Below, piece by piece: positions 43,975 to 56,514 of a stretch of 64,000 nt of DNA. A program made the position numbers and the translations under genes. The notes under the pieces were generated by a model, which did not search any database, was not told where the DNA came from, and saw only the letters and a program-made list of their open reading frames with translations. Every line of letters starts with the position of its first letter. Position 1 is the first letter of the stretch. Source of the stretch: an uncultured Nitrospinota bacterium (GTDB lineage Bacteria; Tectomicrobia; Entotheonellia; J063; CAVPRW01); assembly GCA_963707985.1 (NCBI GenBank), contig CAVPRW010000005.1, positions 32,001-96,000 on the forward strand, given 5' to 3'.

Positions 43975-45189
43975 ATGACGATGCAGCTCGCCAAGCTGTC
44001 GATCGCCGATGTACCGATTGCCGGGAAGCGAGTCTTCATTCGCGTGGACTTCAACGTGCCCCTCGATAGGCAGGGGCACGTCACAGACGACACACGTATC
44101 CGGGCCTCGCTCCCGACCATCCAGTATGCTACGGACAGAGGCGCGCAGGTGATCTTGGCCTCGCATCTGGGGCGTCCGGCCGGCAAGGTCGAGCCGCGCT
44201 ACAGTCTCACACCGGTGGCTGAGTGCCTGTCAGGGTTGCTGGGGAAGAATATTCCCCTGGCGGACGATTGCGTCGGACCGACAGTGGAAACCTTGGTGGG
44301 ACAGATGCAGGCGGGGGACATCCTGCTCCTGGAGAATCTGCGGTTCCACGCGGAGGAAGAAAAGAACGACGCCATGTTTGCGCAGCAGCTGGCGCGGCTG
44401 GCAGATGTCTATGTCAATGATGCCTTTGGTACCGCCCACCGCGCCCACGCCTCGACCGAAGGGATGACGAAATTTCTCCCCGTGGCGGTTGCGGGCCTCC
44501 TCATGCAGGCGGAGCTCACGCACTTAGGGCAATTACTGGCGACTCCCGAGCGCCCCTACATCGCGATTTTGGGTGGTGCCAAGGTCTCTGACAAAATCGG
44601 TTTGATCTTCAACCTGTTGCCCCGGCTGAATCGTGTACTGATCGGGGGCGGAATGGCGTATACCTTTCTCGTAGCCCAAGGAGTGCCGGTCGGCAATTCG
44701 CTGGTCGAGGCCGACAAAGTCGACGTCGCACGAGACATTCTCACCAGGGCCGCCGCGCTGGGAGTGAGCGTCCAGCTCCCCGAGGATCACGTGATCGCCG
44801 AACGCCTCGATGCCAGCGCCACGATACAGAGTGTGCCAAAAGATGGCATTCCGGCGGGATGGATGGGTGTGGACATTGGACCACAGACGGTTGAGGCCTT
44901 TCGCAAGGCGATTAGTGAGGCCAAGACGGTGGTCTGGAATGGGCCCATGGGAGTGTTTGAGATCGCCCCCTTTGCGCAGGGAACCAATGCGGTGGCGATG
45001 GCTGTCGCGTCGTCGCAGGCTACCACCATCGTCGGCGGTGGCGACAGTGTGGCCGCCATCAATCAGGTGGGAGTGGCAGATCGCATCACGCACATTTCGA
45101 CTGGTGGTGGAGCATTTTTAGAGCTGCTCGAAGGACGTGAGCTGCCAGGGGTGACGGCCCTCACGGATAAGCCAGGAGCGGGAGCCTGA
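43975..45189 (+). CDS. pgk: Phosphoglycerate kinase
   Basis: RVDFNVP, LENLRF, NDAFGTAHRAH, WNGPMGVFE, HISTGGGA. Confidence 0.98.
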   Translation: MTMQLAKLSIADVPIAGKRVFIRVDFNVPLDRQGHVTDDTRIRASLPTIQYATDRGAQVILASHLGRPAGKVEPRYSLTPVAECLSGLLGKNIPLADDCVGPTVETLVGQMQAGDILLLENLRFHAEEEKNDAMFAQQLARLADVYVNDAFGTAHRAHASTEGMTKFLPVAVAGLLMQAELTHLGQLLATPERPYIAILGGAKVSDKIGLIFNLLPRLNRVLIGGGMAYTFLVAQGVPVGNSLVEADKVDVARDILTRAAALGVSVQLPEDHVIAERLDASATIQSVPKDGIPAGWMGVDIGPQTVEAFRKAISEAKTVVWNGPMGVFEIAPFAQGTNAVAMAVASSQATTIVGGGDSVAAINQVGVADRITHISTGGGAFLELLEGRELPGVTALTDKPGAGA

Positions 45190-45192
45190 TCA

Positions 45193-45951
45193 ATGCGCCG
45201 ACCGATCATCGTGGGCAACTGGAAGATGCATAAGACCACTGCTGAGGCCGTGGCACTGGTAGAAGATCTGCGCTCGTTAGTGGCGCAGGTTCAGGATGTG
45301 GATATCGGTGTGGCGCCGCCATATACTGCGCTCATGGCGGTCGCTGAGGCGTTGCACGGCTCGACAATTTTCGTCAGTGCACAGAACATGCACGGGGAGC
45401 CACAGGGGGCGTATACGGGTGAGATCTCCGCAGCGATGTTGCGCGATGCCGGCTGCACGCGGGTGATCGTCGGGCACTCAGAGCGGCGTCAATACTTTGC
45501 CGAGACCGATGCGACGGTGAATAGAAAGCTGCGGGCGGCGTTGAACGCTCAGCTTGATCCCATTCTGTGCATCGGTGAGACGCTTGATCAACGTGAAGCC
45601 AACGCCACTTTCAGCGTGCTGGCACGGCAAATCCGCCAGGGGTTGGCGGACATTGCATCCGGAGACATGTCACGGGTCGTGATAGCGTATGAACCCATTT
45701 GGGCCATTGGCACCGGCAAGACCGCCACTCCGGATCAGGCACAGGAGGTGCATGCATTCATCCGCAGCCTGCTGGGGGAGCTATACGGAAAAGCTGTTGC
45801 GGACGAAGCGCGTATCCAGTATGGTGGGAGCGTCAATGCCGGGAATATTCGCCCGCTCATGACCCAGCCGGACGTGGACGGGGCCTTGGTAGGTGGCGCG
45901 AGTCTGGAAGCGTCTTCCTTTGCGCAGATTGTGTCGTTCCAAAGGGGGTAG
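45193..45951 (+). CDS. tpiA: Triosephosphate isomerase
   Basis: GNWKMH, GHSERR, AYEPIWAIGTG, YGGSV, LVGGASL. Confidence 0.98.
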   Translation: MRRPIIVGNWKMHKTTAEAVALVEDLRSLVAQVQDVDIGVAPPYTALMAVAEALHGSTIFVSAQNMHGEPQGAYTGEISAAMLRDAGCTRVIVGHSERRQYFAETDATVNRKLRAALNAQLDPILCIGETLDQREANATFSVLARQIRQGLADIASGDMSRVVIAYEPIWAIGTGKTATPDQAQEVHAFIRSLLGELYGKAVADEARIQYGGSVNAGNIRPLMTQPDVDGALVGGASLEASSFAQIVSFQRG

Positions 45952-45955
45952 TACA

Positions 45956-46375
45956 GTGCCGGTCTGGTTGTATGTCCCACTCGTCGTTGTCCATGTGATG
46001 GTGGCCGTTGCCCTGGTTCTGATTGTTCTGTTGCAGGCTGGCAAGGGGGCAGGCATCGGGGCCGCGTTTGGGGGGGCGAGCCAAACGGTGTTTGGACCGC
46101 GAGGACCGGGTAATTTTCTGAGCAAACTCACCACTGCTGCGGCAGGCATTTTTATGGTGACCTCACTGGTATTGGCAATTTTCTCCTCGCAATACGTCGG
46201 GGGTTCGGTCATCATGAGTGCACCTGCACCAAAACCTGAAGCGACCTCGATCATGATACCATCCGGGGGCGAGCAGACAGCTCCGAGCATACCTGGCGCA
46301 TCAGAGAGCCCTGGGACGCTTGAGACTCCTGTTCCACAAAGCGAAGAGACCGACAAGCCACCGACGCAGCCATAG
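45956..46375 (+). CDS. secG: Preprotein translocase subunit SecG
   Basis: IVLLQAGKGAGIGAAFGG, NFLSKLT; tpiA-secG-tRNA-Leu synteny. Confidence 0.93.
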   Translation: MPVWLYVPLVVVHVMVAVALVLIVLLQAGKGAGIGAAFGGASQTVFGPRGPGNFLSKLTTAAAGIFMVTSLVLAIFSSQYVGGSVIMSAPAPKPEATSIMIPSGGEQTAPSIPGASESPGTLETPVPQSEETDKPPTQP

Positions 46376-46445
46376 GTAATTCTCATACGTATCAGCATAG
46401 CATATAGCGGTGGCCGTTCTTGTGATGACGAGGATTTGCTGTCAT

Positions 46446-46528
<83 letters not shown>

Positions 46529-46583
46529 CTTTTGGAGTTTATTTCCTATAAATTCAATGGATTACCTGCTTTGAGGTGTGCGG

Positions 46584-46622
46584 TAGCTAACGATTAGCTA
46601 ACGAACTTCCGCAAACGCTAAC
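46584..46622. repeat. Short direct repeats resembling integrase arm-type sites
   Basis: TAGCTAACGA twice at 11-bp period, plus GCTAAC at 46617, about 55 bp after the tRNA. Confidence 0.5.
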
Positions 46623-46800
46623 AGGAGCTCATGCCAGCCGGCTTTGCTATGGTTTGATACATTATCCTGCCCGTAACTCTGAATTTCCCACACAGGATTT
46701 GACATAAAGACCTTCCGAATACCCTGAGAGAGGAGCTTACTGGGGTGTCGCTTTTTGCCTAAAACATCGCCAACCTCAAGTCTTGGAAGGCCGCTACGTA

Positions 46801-48633
46801 GTGGCCGCTAGTTTATTCCTCATCCTCATCGGACTTGTGAAGTTGAGCATGGCGTCGTATTCTGTCGCTCTCGTTGCGGCTTTGATCACCGCGTCGGTCG
46901 CGTGTGGCCATGCAGCATGACGTCGGAGTGCTCGCATACCCCTTTCCGCAGGTGCTGAGGGGCGTGTGCCTTGCACAGAGGTAGAGGGGTGGCCGACGCC
47001 ATGATCGAAGCCCGCGTTGCCCCGGTCATCAGGAGAGTGCACGATGCGCCTTCTGCGCGGCCTGCAGCCTTGGTTGAGCGGCACGGGACTGCCGCTGCAA
47101 GTGGCCGACTGTGTGCCTGACACCCATCCCCTGCGCCAATGGGCCGATACCTTTCCCTGGACTGCTCTGGTGGCTGCCATTGCGCACAGTTTTGCCACAC
47201 GCGTCCCCACACGTTCCCTGCGTGGACGAGCCCCGATGCCAGTCCGGGTCTTGTTGGCTCTGGAGCGGCTCAAACATGACGTGGGCGCTGCCGATGAGGC
47301 CATCTGCCACCGCTTGCGCACGGACGTTGCCGTGATGTACGCCTGTGGCCTCCAGGAGTACCAGGCGCCTCGCTCGCAAGGACACGTTGTCCTCCCAGAG
47401 ACGCTCTGTGCGTTTCGTGGCCGTATTGACGAGGTCCTGATGGATGAGCGCATCGCCATCCAAGCGGCCGCCGCGATGGAAGCTGGTCTGGTCAGTCCCG
47501 CCCCTCTCGTCATCGATACCGTTCCGTGTGCACAAGGGAGCCCACGGGTGACCGATGCCACCACGCGGTATAAGGCGCAAAAAAACCCCTCGAGCTGATG
47601 GCCCGCATCCCGCCGCGATGCGGAAGCCAAGCCACGCAGCTCAAGCACCCAGCCCACCACCTGCAACCGGAACTCCCCAAAGTCATGCGTGGCTTTGGTC
47701 GCCAAGGCCGAGGGCACGGGCACGTCTTCGTGACGCTGGTGCGCCACACGGAACAACAGCTCCTGGAGCTTGGCAAGCCCAGCACCGCGCTTGGGCAACC
47801 AGCCCAGCAACTCCTCGCGCAGGCGACAGCGCTGCGCGACTCCACGCGCCAGCGTTTGGCCGATGCGTTCAGCGCGGCGATGAGCAGTCCTGCCCACATC
47901 CGCCAACAATCCACCCAGCTCACCCAAGGCAAAAAACGCTGCCACGCTAAACTCGTCCATGCCGATGATCTCACCCTCGCACCCATCCGCACAGGCAAGA
48001 GCCATGGTCCCGCGCAATTTGGTCGCAAGCCCGGTATGGTGTCGGAACCTGCCACGGGCTTGATCTTGGCCCATCGGGGGCCAGAGGGCCACCCCTAGGA
48101 TGCCAGTGATGGGTTGCCCTTGCTTGACCAGGTGCAACGCGCCCTCGACCGTGTCCGCGCGCTCCCGCGGCTCCGGGTCCACTCGGTGGCGGGGGATCTC
48201 GGGATCAATGCTGCGGTCCTGCGTCAGGCGCTTCATGCGCGAGGTCTGCTCACCATTGGCATCCCCAAGACCGTCGAGCCGATCAACCCCACCCCCACCC
48301 CTGAGGAGATGCACGCCATCCTCGCCGAGGCGGGCTGACACCGTCAGCGCACTCCTGACCAAGTACAGTTGGCCTGTGCGTGTGGCTCTAGTCGCCCGGT
48401 GGTGGAACGCCACATCGCCAGTGTACTCTCGCGCGGCGCCGGCCAGGTGCGTGACAAAGGCTTACAAGGCGCTGTCGTCCAACAGGGAATGACCGTCATG
48501 GCCCATCACGGTGCAACGCTGGTACGCATCCGGCGCCAGCGACTGTCAAAACGGGCGCAAAAGTTCCGCCGATTGCTTGGATTAAGACCCCATAACATCA
48601 ATCAAATCAATAATCAAATAAACTAGTGACCAC
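46801..48633 (+). mobile_element. Insertion sequence (IS5/ISNCY-like DDE element), degenerate
   Basis: IRs TAGTGGCCGCTAGTTTATT (46799-46817) and AATAAACTAGTGACCACTA (48617-48635), 17/19 match including the flanking TA. Confidence 0.8.
47017..48626 (+). pseudogene. Transposase pseudogene (-1 shift at A7 47579-47585; in-frame stops at 48096 and 48336)
   Basis: GRAP..VRVLLALE, VIDT, QFGRK, VAGDLG, VVERHI; the three downstream ORFs share one frame. Confidence 0.75.
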
Positions 48634-48635
48634 TA

Positions 48636-51600
48636 ATTAAGGAGCTACTGTTTCGTGGTGTCCTCAGCAAAGTGCTGATCATCACGCCGGGCGGGCTCAC
48701 CGGCCAATGGCGCGATGAGATGCAGGACAAATTTGGTCTCTCGTTCCGCGTGATCAACCGCGCGTCGTTTGATGCAGAGCCGGGGCAATTTGCCAGGGCC
48801 GAGGACGGGCTGTTCATCACCTCGATCGATTTTATTGCGAGACACGAAGGTTGTCTGAATGCCTCGAAGGAAACGCAATGGGATTCTCATCGTCGTCGAT
48901 GAAGCCCATAAACTCTCGGCCTACGAGTATGGGACCAAAGTCGAGCGGAGTGACCGCTATCAGGCGATCGAAACCTTGGCGCCACGTGCCGATCATCTCC
49001 TGTTCCTGACCGCCACGCCGCATCGAGGGCGACGAGATACCTTCCGTCGGCTGCTCATGCTGCTGGATCAAGATCTCTTTCAGAAAGATGAACTTGTGAC
49101 GAAGCGCATCCATGAAGAGGTCGGGATCTATTCTACCCAAACCGAAGCGTTCGAAGGCGAAGCCACCATCAATAAAGCCCGCAATCGCTTCTTCCTACGT
49201 CGCCTGAAGGAAGAGATGGTCAATTGGGAGAATCAGCCGCTGTTTCGACCGCGCTACACCAATACCCCTGGCTACGAATTGACGCCTGAAGAACTCGACC
49301 TCTACGACGCGGTGACGCGCTACGTGCGTGCACGGCGCCAAGTGGCCAAGGCGCGCAAGAACCGCAACGTCGAACTCACCTTAATGGTCATGCAGCGACG
49401 CCTCGCCAGCAGCATCTACGCCATCACGCGTACCCTGCAAAACCGTCTCTCAGCGCTTGACGAGATCTTGAAGATTCTGCGCGACCCATTCCGCCCCACC
49501 GCTGAGAAGAGTCGCTTGTTACGGGGGAGCACCGACGATCTGCCAGATGATATTGGGCAATATGAAGAGCTGGATGAAACCCAGCGTGACGAGGTGGACA
49601 AGCGCATCTTTCGCCAGGTGCTCAGCGACGATCCCGAAGAGGTGAAGCACGAACGCGATGAAGTGTCTGGACTCCTAAAGATGGCGGAGGCATTGCGGCA
49701 TCACAATGAGGCGAAGTTCGTCGAGCTCCTATCAGTCCTTGACTCGTCGGATGTGATCCGCCGCGAGGACGAAAAACTGCTCATCTTTACTGAACACAAG
49801 GACACCCTGGACAGCCTCACCACACGGCTGCGCAACAAAGGGTATACGGTGGCCACCATCCACGGCAGCATGGACGTGGAAGAGCGCAAGCAAGCACAGC
49901 TGAACTTCCGCACGCGCGCCAAGATCATGATTGCCACCGAGGCCGCGGGCGAAGGAATTAACTTGCAGTTCTGCCGCTACCTCATCAACTGGGATATCCC
50001 TTGGAACCCTAATCGTCTGGAACAGCGAATGGGGAGGATTCACCGCTACGGTCAACGCGAGGATGTGTGGGTGTACAGCCTTGTGGCAATTAACACCCGC
50101 GAGGGTGCGGTGCTGCAGCGCATCTTGAGCAAACTGGATGTGATGCGCGAGCAAATGGGCACGGATCGCGTCTATGATGTGATCGACGAGTTACTCGAAG
50201 AAGTCCCGCTCCTTCGCTTGCTCGAACAGTCCATCGACGCAGAAAGCGGCACTCAGGCCGCATCGGAGACGGAGCAATGCCTTAGCAGCGGGCTTGAGCA
50301 GAGGGCAGAGGCGCTCATCGCCTTACAGAAGAAGCAATCACTCGCATCGAGGCTCGATTTGCGGCAGGCACGCAAGCTGCGTGATGATTCCGATGAGCGC
50401 CGTCTGCAGCCACGCTTCGCGCAACGATTTTTCGATAAGGCATATCGTGCGGCGAGCGGCACGGTAAACGAAGATAAGCACTTTCCAGTCTTTCACCTCG
50501 GGCGCACGCCCAGTGAACTCCTCAACATCGCACGGCAGATGCGTCTCCCGGTTCCGGACAAGTATGACACGCCCTTTGTATTTGACAAGGAACTGGTCAG
50601 CGTCGCCAGTCAAGTGCGCGTACCGGAGCACACGAAGCTGCTGGGTCCGGGACATCCGCTCTTTGATACCTTGATCGAATGGGCGATTCGGCGCGCGCGT
50701 GAGGCGTTCACGAAAGGCGCCATGCTGATTGACCCGAACATCGCCCGCCCACAGCGAATCTGGCTGGTTCGCTCCTGCATTGAGGATGGTCGGCACGAAG
50801 AGAAAAAGCGCCTGGCCCATGAGCATCTGAGCGTGGTAGTCGCCGACCATTTGGGGTTGCGTGCGACGTCGCCCGCCAATCTCCTCAACCACACCACCCC
50901 TGAGGTTTCCATCGAACGCCCAGTGTTCCCAGACCAGCCCACTGACGAGGTGCAGCTATGGGCCTATGAGCAATTGACCGAGCCACAATTAGCCAGGGTA
51001 CAAGATCACCGCCAGGCGGAGTGCGAGCTGCGACGCCAGTATCTCGAAACCACCTTCACTGACCTAATTTTGGAATTACAAGACCAGCTCAACGACCTCC
51101 AGCAGGCGCAGCTCCTCGGCGACGACGACACCGAAGAGCGCCAGAAGTTGGAGCGGCGTATCCAACAGCTCAAAGCACGCAAAGCTCAGAGGCTTGGCGA
51201 ACTGGATCTGATGTTGCGCCTGAGCGCCAATCTGCCGGATATCGTCACCTCGGCACTTGTGCTACCTGCGCCTGTGGCCATCGTTGAGCCGGAAGTCAAG
51301 TCGCCCTCGCATGGCATGCCAATGCGTCGGGATGATGAGGTCGAGCGCATTGCGATGGATGTGTCTATGCGTTACGAGAGTAGTCGCGGTTGGATACCGC
51401 ACGACGTGTCATCAGATGGCGAACACTATGACGTCCGCTCAGAATCGCCTGCGGGGTAGATCCGCTTTATCGAGGTCAAGGGACGTGCAACCTCGGGGGC
51501 CATCGTCTTGACGGCGCCTGAGGTAGATAAACTTCAGCAATTAGCCGATCGTGCGTTCTTGTACATTGCCACCTACTGCAAAGGCGAGAGGCCACGTCTA

Positions 51601-51729
51601 CACATCATTCAGAATCCGATGGCGCTGCTGACGCCAGAGATGCTTTACCGTCAAGTCCAATATCTCGTGGACGAACAAGACTGGCAGCAGAAGGGAGAAA
51701 CGGTACATGACGTGCCCACGGTTGGTTGA
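48636..51729 (+). pseudogene. SNF2-family helicase with C-terminal DUF3883-like nuclease; 5'-truncated, TAG at 51457
   Basis: Begins IKELLFRG (after motif I); VVDEAHK, LTATPH, IATEAAGEGINLQ, WNPNRLEQRMGRIHRYGQ; HYDVRS...*IRFIEVKG. Confidence 0.85.
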
Positions 51730-54700
51730 GGTCGCCCTGCCGATCCGCGAAATCTCAGCCGAAAGTGTACGCGATAAATCCTTGCGACATGGCCATATCT
51801 CTACGCTCCACCTGTGGTGGGCTCGGAGGCCGCTGGCGGCATCGCGGGCCGTGGTGTTTGCCTCGCTCGTGCCAGATCCGGATGATCCCTTCTGCCCGGC
51901 TGAATTTCGAGAGGCCGTGATCCGGTTGCTCAAGCACCATGTACCCACACTCCTGAAGTATTATGGACAGGGGCGCAAAGCAGTCAGAGATCCTGACCCG
52001 TACCAGCCCTATGCTGGAATGCCCGACACGCCGCACAACCGGTTGCTCACCTTTATTGCCAGGTGGTCGCCAGAGTGGATCGCCTTCGAAAAGGGCGAGA
52101 ATGGCAAGCAACCCAAGCCTGATACTATGCTCGATGACCGCTGTCTGGTAAAGTGGGAGACGAGCGATCCACAGAACCCCCAGGGACACGAAGTGCTGCG
52201 CATCGCCCGCGAGCTGGTGCGACTGGCCAACGGTGGGTCTGTCCCTGTGGTGCTTGACCCCTTTGCGGGCGGTGGCGCCATCCCCTTAGAGGCGGCGCGG
52301 CTTGGGTGCCAGGCCAGTGCCCATGATTATAATCCCGTAGCCTATCTCATCCTGCGCGCCACGTGCGAGTTCCCGCAGCGCTTTGGGAGACCGAAGGATA
52401 TCAAGCAGACAACTGGGTATACGGGCATACAACAGCCGCTCATAGTGCCCGAATCCAAAAAGGCGATTTCTCAGATCCCGAATCGCTTAGCTCATGATGT
52501 CGAGTACTGGGCGAGATGGATACTGGAGCGCGCACGAGCACGTATCGGACATCTCTACCCGCCGGGCCAGGATGGCTATCCCGTGGTTGGTTATCTCTGG
52601 GCGCGCACCGCTCCATGTTCTAACCCTACGTGCCGCGCGGAGATCCCGCTGCTACGCAGTCTTCTCGTCTGCAACAAATCAGCTAAACTCGTCGCACTAG
52701 CAATGATGAGACAAGGCAAGCAGGTCACCTTTGGCATTGCCAAGGACAAGGACATTACTGAAACTGAAGGTACGATGCTGAATCGCGGCGACTGCCGCTG
52801 TCCTACTTGTCAGCAGACCACGCCCGTGGAAGACCTGCGTAATGCAGGGTTGGAAGGCAAGTTGAGCGAGCGTATGGTTACAGTTATAACCGACACTCCG
52901 CAGGGTAAGGATTACCACCCCGTGCAGCCAATGGATTTGGAGGCTTTTGAGAAAGCTAAACAGCTGGCTGAAACGGCAGAGCGACCAAGCGAACCTATAT
53001 TGCCTGAAATAACGAGCAGCGACGGTGAGAGCATCGCCAACTCAACGGGTATCCGCGTCCACCTCTACGGTATGAGGACGTGGGGATCACTGTTCAACCC
53101 ACGCCAACTGCTGGCCATGCAAACCTTCATCGCCTGCTTGCGTGAGTTGCTAGTAAAACTGGAGCGGCTCGAGCCAGATGCTGAATATCGCAAAGCAGTG
53201 GTGGCGTATTTGGGGCTGTGGATAAGTAAATACTCCATGAACTCAACGTGTGTTGGGTTATGGAAAAATTATGGCGAATACATGATTCCACCATTTGCGA
53301 ACCAAGCGATTCCAATGGTATGGGATTATCCCGAAGGCAATCCATTTACAGAAGGCACCGGTGGGGTTCTTGACTCAACTCGACTGGATTCTTCGCGTAA
53401 TTTCACATGAGTCACCGCCACCCACGTCATTATGCCTGCCTTCCCAAGTCCTCTATGGAGACGGCGCTCATCTGCCGTTAGAGGATAATACCGTTGATGC
53501 TGTCGTTACCGACCCGCCCTACTTTGACGCTATTGCATATGCTGATCTATCTGACCTCTTCTACGTCTGGCTCAAGCGTGGACTGGGCGATATTTTCCCG
53601 GAAGCCTTTGCTACACCGCTTACGCCCAAGAGTAGCGAAGCCACTGCACTCAGGCATCGGCACAATGGGGATGCCGACAAAGCAACACTGCATTTTGTGC
53701 GTAAATTGGCCGGCTGTTTTGCCGAAAGCAAGCGGGCGTGCAAATCCCATGGTGTAATAGCCGTTATGTTCGCCCACCAATCCACCGAGGCGTGGACAGC
53801 GCTCATTCATGCGCTTTTTGAAGCCGATTTGACGGTGACCGCAACTTATCCCTCATGGTTCGCTCATTTTTAGGGCGGTTTGTGAGCATCGGGACAGAGC
53901 CTCATAGAGATGTCCACCGTGAAGTTCAGGAGTGCGAGAATGCGCCGTTGGACACGGGAGAGCGGCGTCAGATGAGACCGCCGGCGACGCCCTTCCCGGC
54001 TGATCGTCAGGGTCAGTCCCTCAAAGCGTTTGAGCAGGCGCTCGGTCGTGGGGCGGGCCGTCGCCCGCTGCGGGTTCCCGGCATACCGCTCCGTCAGCAC
54101 CGTCCGTGCCGCGGCCCACCGCTGGCGGACCACACACGCCAGCAGGGTCAAGACCCGCAACCCCACCGACAGGAGTCGGATCAAGCCGGTGGCCTGGTCA
54201 TCCCGCTCCAGGTCCATCGGCGTCAAGGACAAGGGATGCCCTTTCAGCCGGCCCCTGTCGCTCTCAACGAGGTCGTGGCTGCGGTAGGCCAACACCGCTT
54301 GGGCCAAGGGGAGCTGGTCGGGGGGCGCATTGGTGGCGTATACCCGCCACCCCAACCGACTGATGGCGACTGCCACCGCCTGACGATCGACGACGGCCTG
54401 CACCCGAACGTCGCGCTCCACCTGGACCGTCGCGGGCCGGCTGCCATAGCGCCGCAGCCGGCGCTTGTACACCCATTCGGTGTACGGCACCGCCAGCAGC
54501 CCATGCACCCGGTGCCGGGGCAGGATCGCCTCCACCGCTGCCTGCAGCGCGGGCCGTGCGGTGCACCGCGGCTGACCCCGCCCCCGCTGGTTGAGCGCGG
54601 CCACCGCGGCCCGCGCCTTGGTCAACCGCGCGCGCAGCCCCGTCTCCCCCGCGCGGACCAGCTGGCGCGAGCGCACCACCAGCCGCCGTTCCCTCCACCT

Positions 54701-56498
54701 GAGGGCCTGCCCATCCACGGCCATGGTCAGGGACTCCAGCCGTTCGTAGCCGTCGGCAATATGCGCCCGTTGGCCGCTGGCGCTCACGCGGGTGATGCGG
54801 CTCAGCGGTTGTTGCTCCGTCCAGACCGGCAGCAGATAGCTCTCCAGCACCGCAGGCGGCAGCTGGACCTCCGCCAGCGGACACCGGTAGGCGTCGCCCC
54901 CCGCCTGGAGGAAGGCCCGCGTCTCCCGCGCGGCCATCTTGCAGTCCCCGACGTACAGCAACCCCCGACGCCCCAGGCTCGCACGCACCCGCGTGATGGC
55001 GGGCACATACACAGGATCAGCGGCTCGCTGCCCCGGCACGACGTCCGTCGCCACCGGCATCCCCAGGGGATCCAGGGCCGACCGCCTGATCTTGACCTGC
55101 GGCAGGTCGGGGCGATGATCCTTGCTGTGGCCGAACTGAAACCGCCCGTCTTCGGTCACACTCCAGTGGCCATTGGCCGTGGTGCTATCCCGGCGCACCC
55201 GCTCTGGCTTCAGGTCATACACGCACCACAATGGCTGGGTCCAGACGCCTTCAAACGCCTGCCCGTGTCCATCATCACTCAAGGCCTCCAGCACCCCCGC
55301 CAGCCGGTCGTCGCTCACGTCCAGGGGATGGAGCGGCTGCCCGGTGCAGCTGCGCAGGGTGTGGAGTCGCTGCTTGGCCCAGGGTTCCACAGGATGCAGC
55401 CGATGGTTCGCTTCCGACCAGGATATGGGTCCACCAGACCACGGTCACCCAGCCCAGGCTGAGGCCCACCCAGTTACCATGGGTGGGAACATGCTCGTCC
55501 AGCAAGGGCTGCACCCCCAGGCGGTCGAGTTGGGCCACCAGTACGGGAAGATCATCGACGCGTTCGCTGGCAATGGTCAGGGACTCGGCCATGGTGCACC
55601 TCCTTTCCGTCCGAGACCCGACCACAATTGTTGAAACCCCTCAAAAAATGAGCGAACCATGAGTTATCCCTTGGACACAGAATGGGCAACACGACGCAGA
55701 GCCATAGAATCGTCAGCACTGGAATCCTCGATCACAGTGATCTGCCGACCTCGTCAGGTTTTCGCAGTAGCAGCACTTCGGGATGTGCGGCGGGAGATCG
55801 AGCGGGTGGTAGCAGAGAGCGTGCATCGGTTTTGGGACTATGGTTTTCGTGGAGCGGATTTGATCGTCGCATGCTACGGACCTGCCGTCGGCGTCTTTGG
55901 ACGCCACGAACGGGTGGAGCGCGCCGATGGCACGCTAGTGAGCGTTCCTGACCTGTTGGACCTGGTGAAAGAGTCCGCGCTGAAGGCTATCGCAGGAGAG
56001 TTCACCGGCGATGTGCTGTCGCGCCTCTATTTCGTGTGGGCGAATCTCTACGGCATCGGCGAGCAGGCCTGGGACGATGCACGGCTGGTGGTGCAGATCG
56101 GCGGCGACAGCGAGGATGCCATGGACGTGGCAAGGGGACGCGGCTTATTCGTGGTGGACGGCGCACGTTGCCGCCTAGCCCTGCTCCGTGACCGCACCAA
56201 CCGTCGCAATCTAGGTGAAGACGTCACCGCGCCGCTCATCGACCAACTCCATCATGCGATGCACCTCTGGAACGAAGAACGCCGTTCAGACCTGGTGACC
56301 TATCTGCATGAACACGAGTTGCTTGACCATGCCCCTTTCTGGAAGCTGGCACAGGCTCTCTTTGAAGTGCTGCCCCGCGGGGAACAGGACTGGAAACTCA
56401 TCAGTGCCTTGCTCGGGGAGCGCGAGACGTTACGCATGGAAGCGCGTAGGACGGATGCATCTGCCCAGCCGGTTCAACCGCGGTTGCCCACCCTTTGA
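51707..56498 (+). pseudogene. DUF1156 adenine DNA methyltransferase with Zn ribbon, interrupted by an IS (also an indel near 53365)
   Basis: LHLWWARRPLAASRA, DPFAGGGAIPLEA, TDPPYFD; removing the IS and one TSD restores VTATYPLDTEW. Confidence 0.88.
53852..55663 (-). mobile_element. IS1634-like insertion sequence with degenerate transposase (55592 to 53870)
   Basis: Perfect 20-bp IRs CTCATGGTTCGCTCATTTTT; 6-bp TSD TTATCC (53846-53851 and 55664-55669); DSTT, FGHSKDHRPDLPQ, VGDCKM. Confidence 0.9.
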
Positions 56499-56514
56499 GC
56501 CATGAGGTGTCACC

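Noticed and set aside
46794..48413. 539-aa minus-strand ORF
   Set aside because: Antisense shadow of the GC-rich degenerate transposase; no recognisable motifs.
51457..51459. TAG as pyrrolysine or programmed readthrough in the helicase-nuclease
   Set aside because: No pyl genes are visible and the gene is also 5'-truncated; a nonsense mutation is simpler.
53855..55462. 535-aa plus-strand ORF
   Set aside because: Antisense to the IS1634-like transposase; the open frame is explained by high GC.
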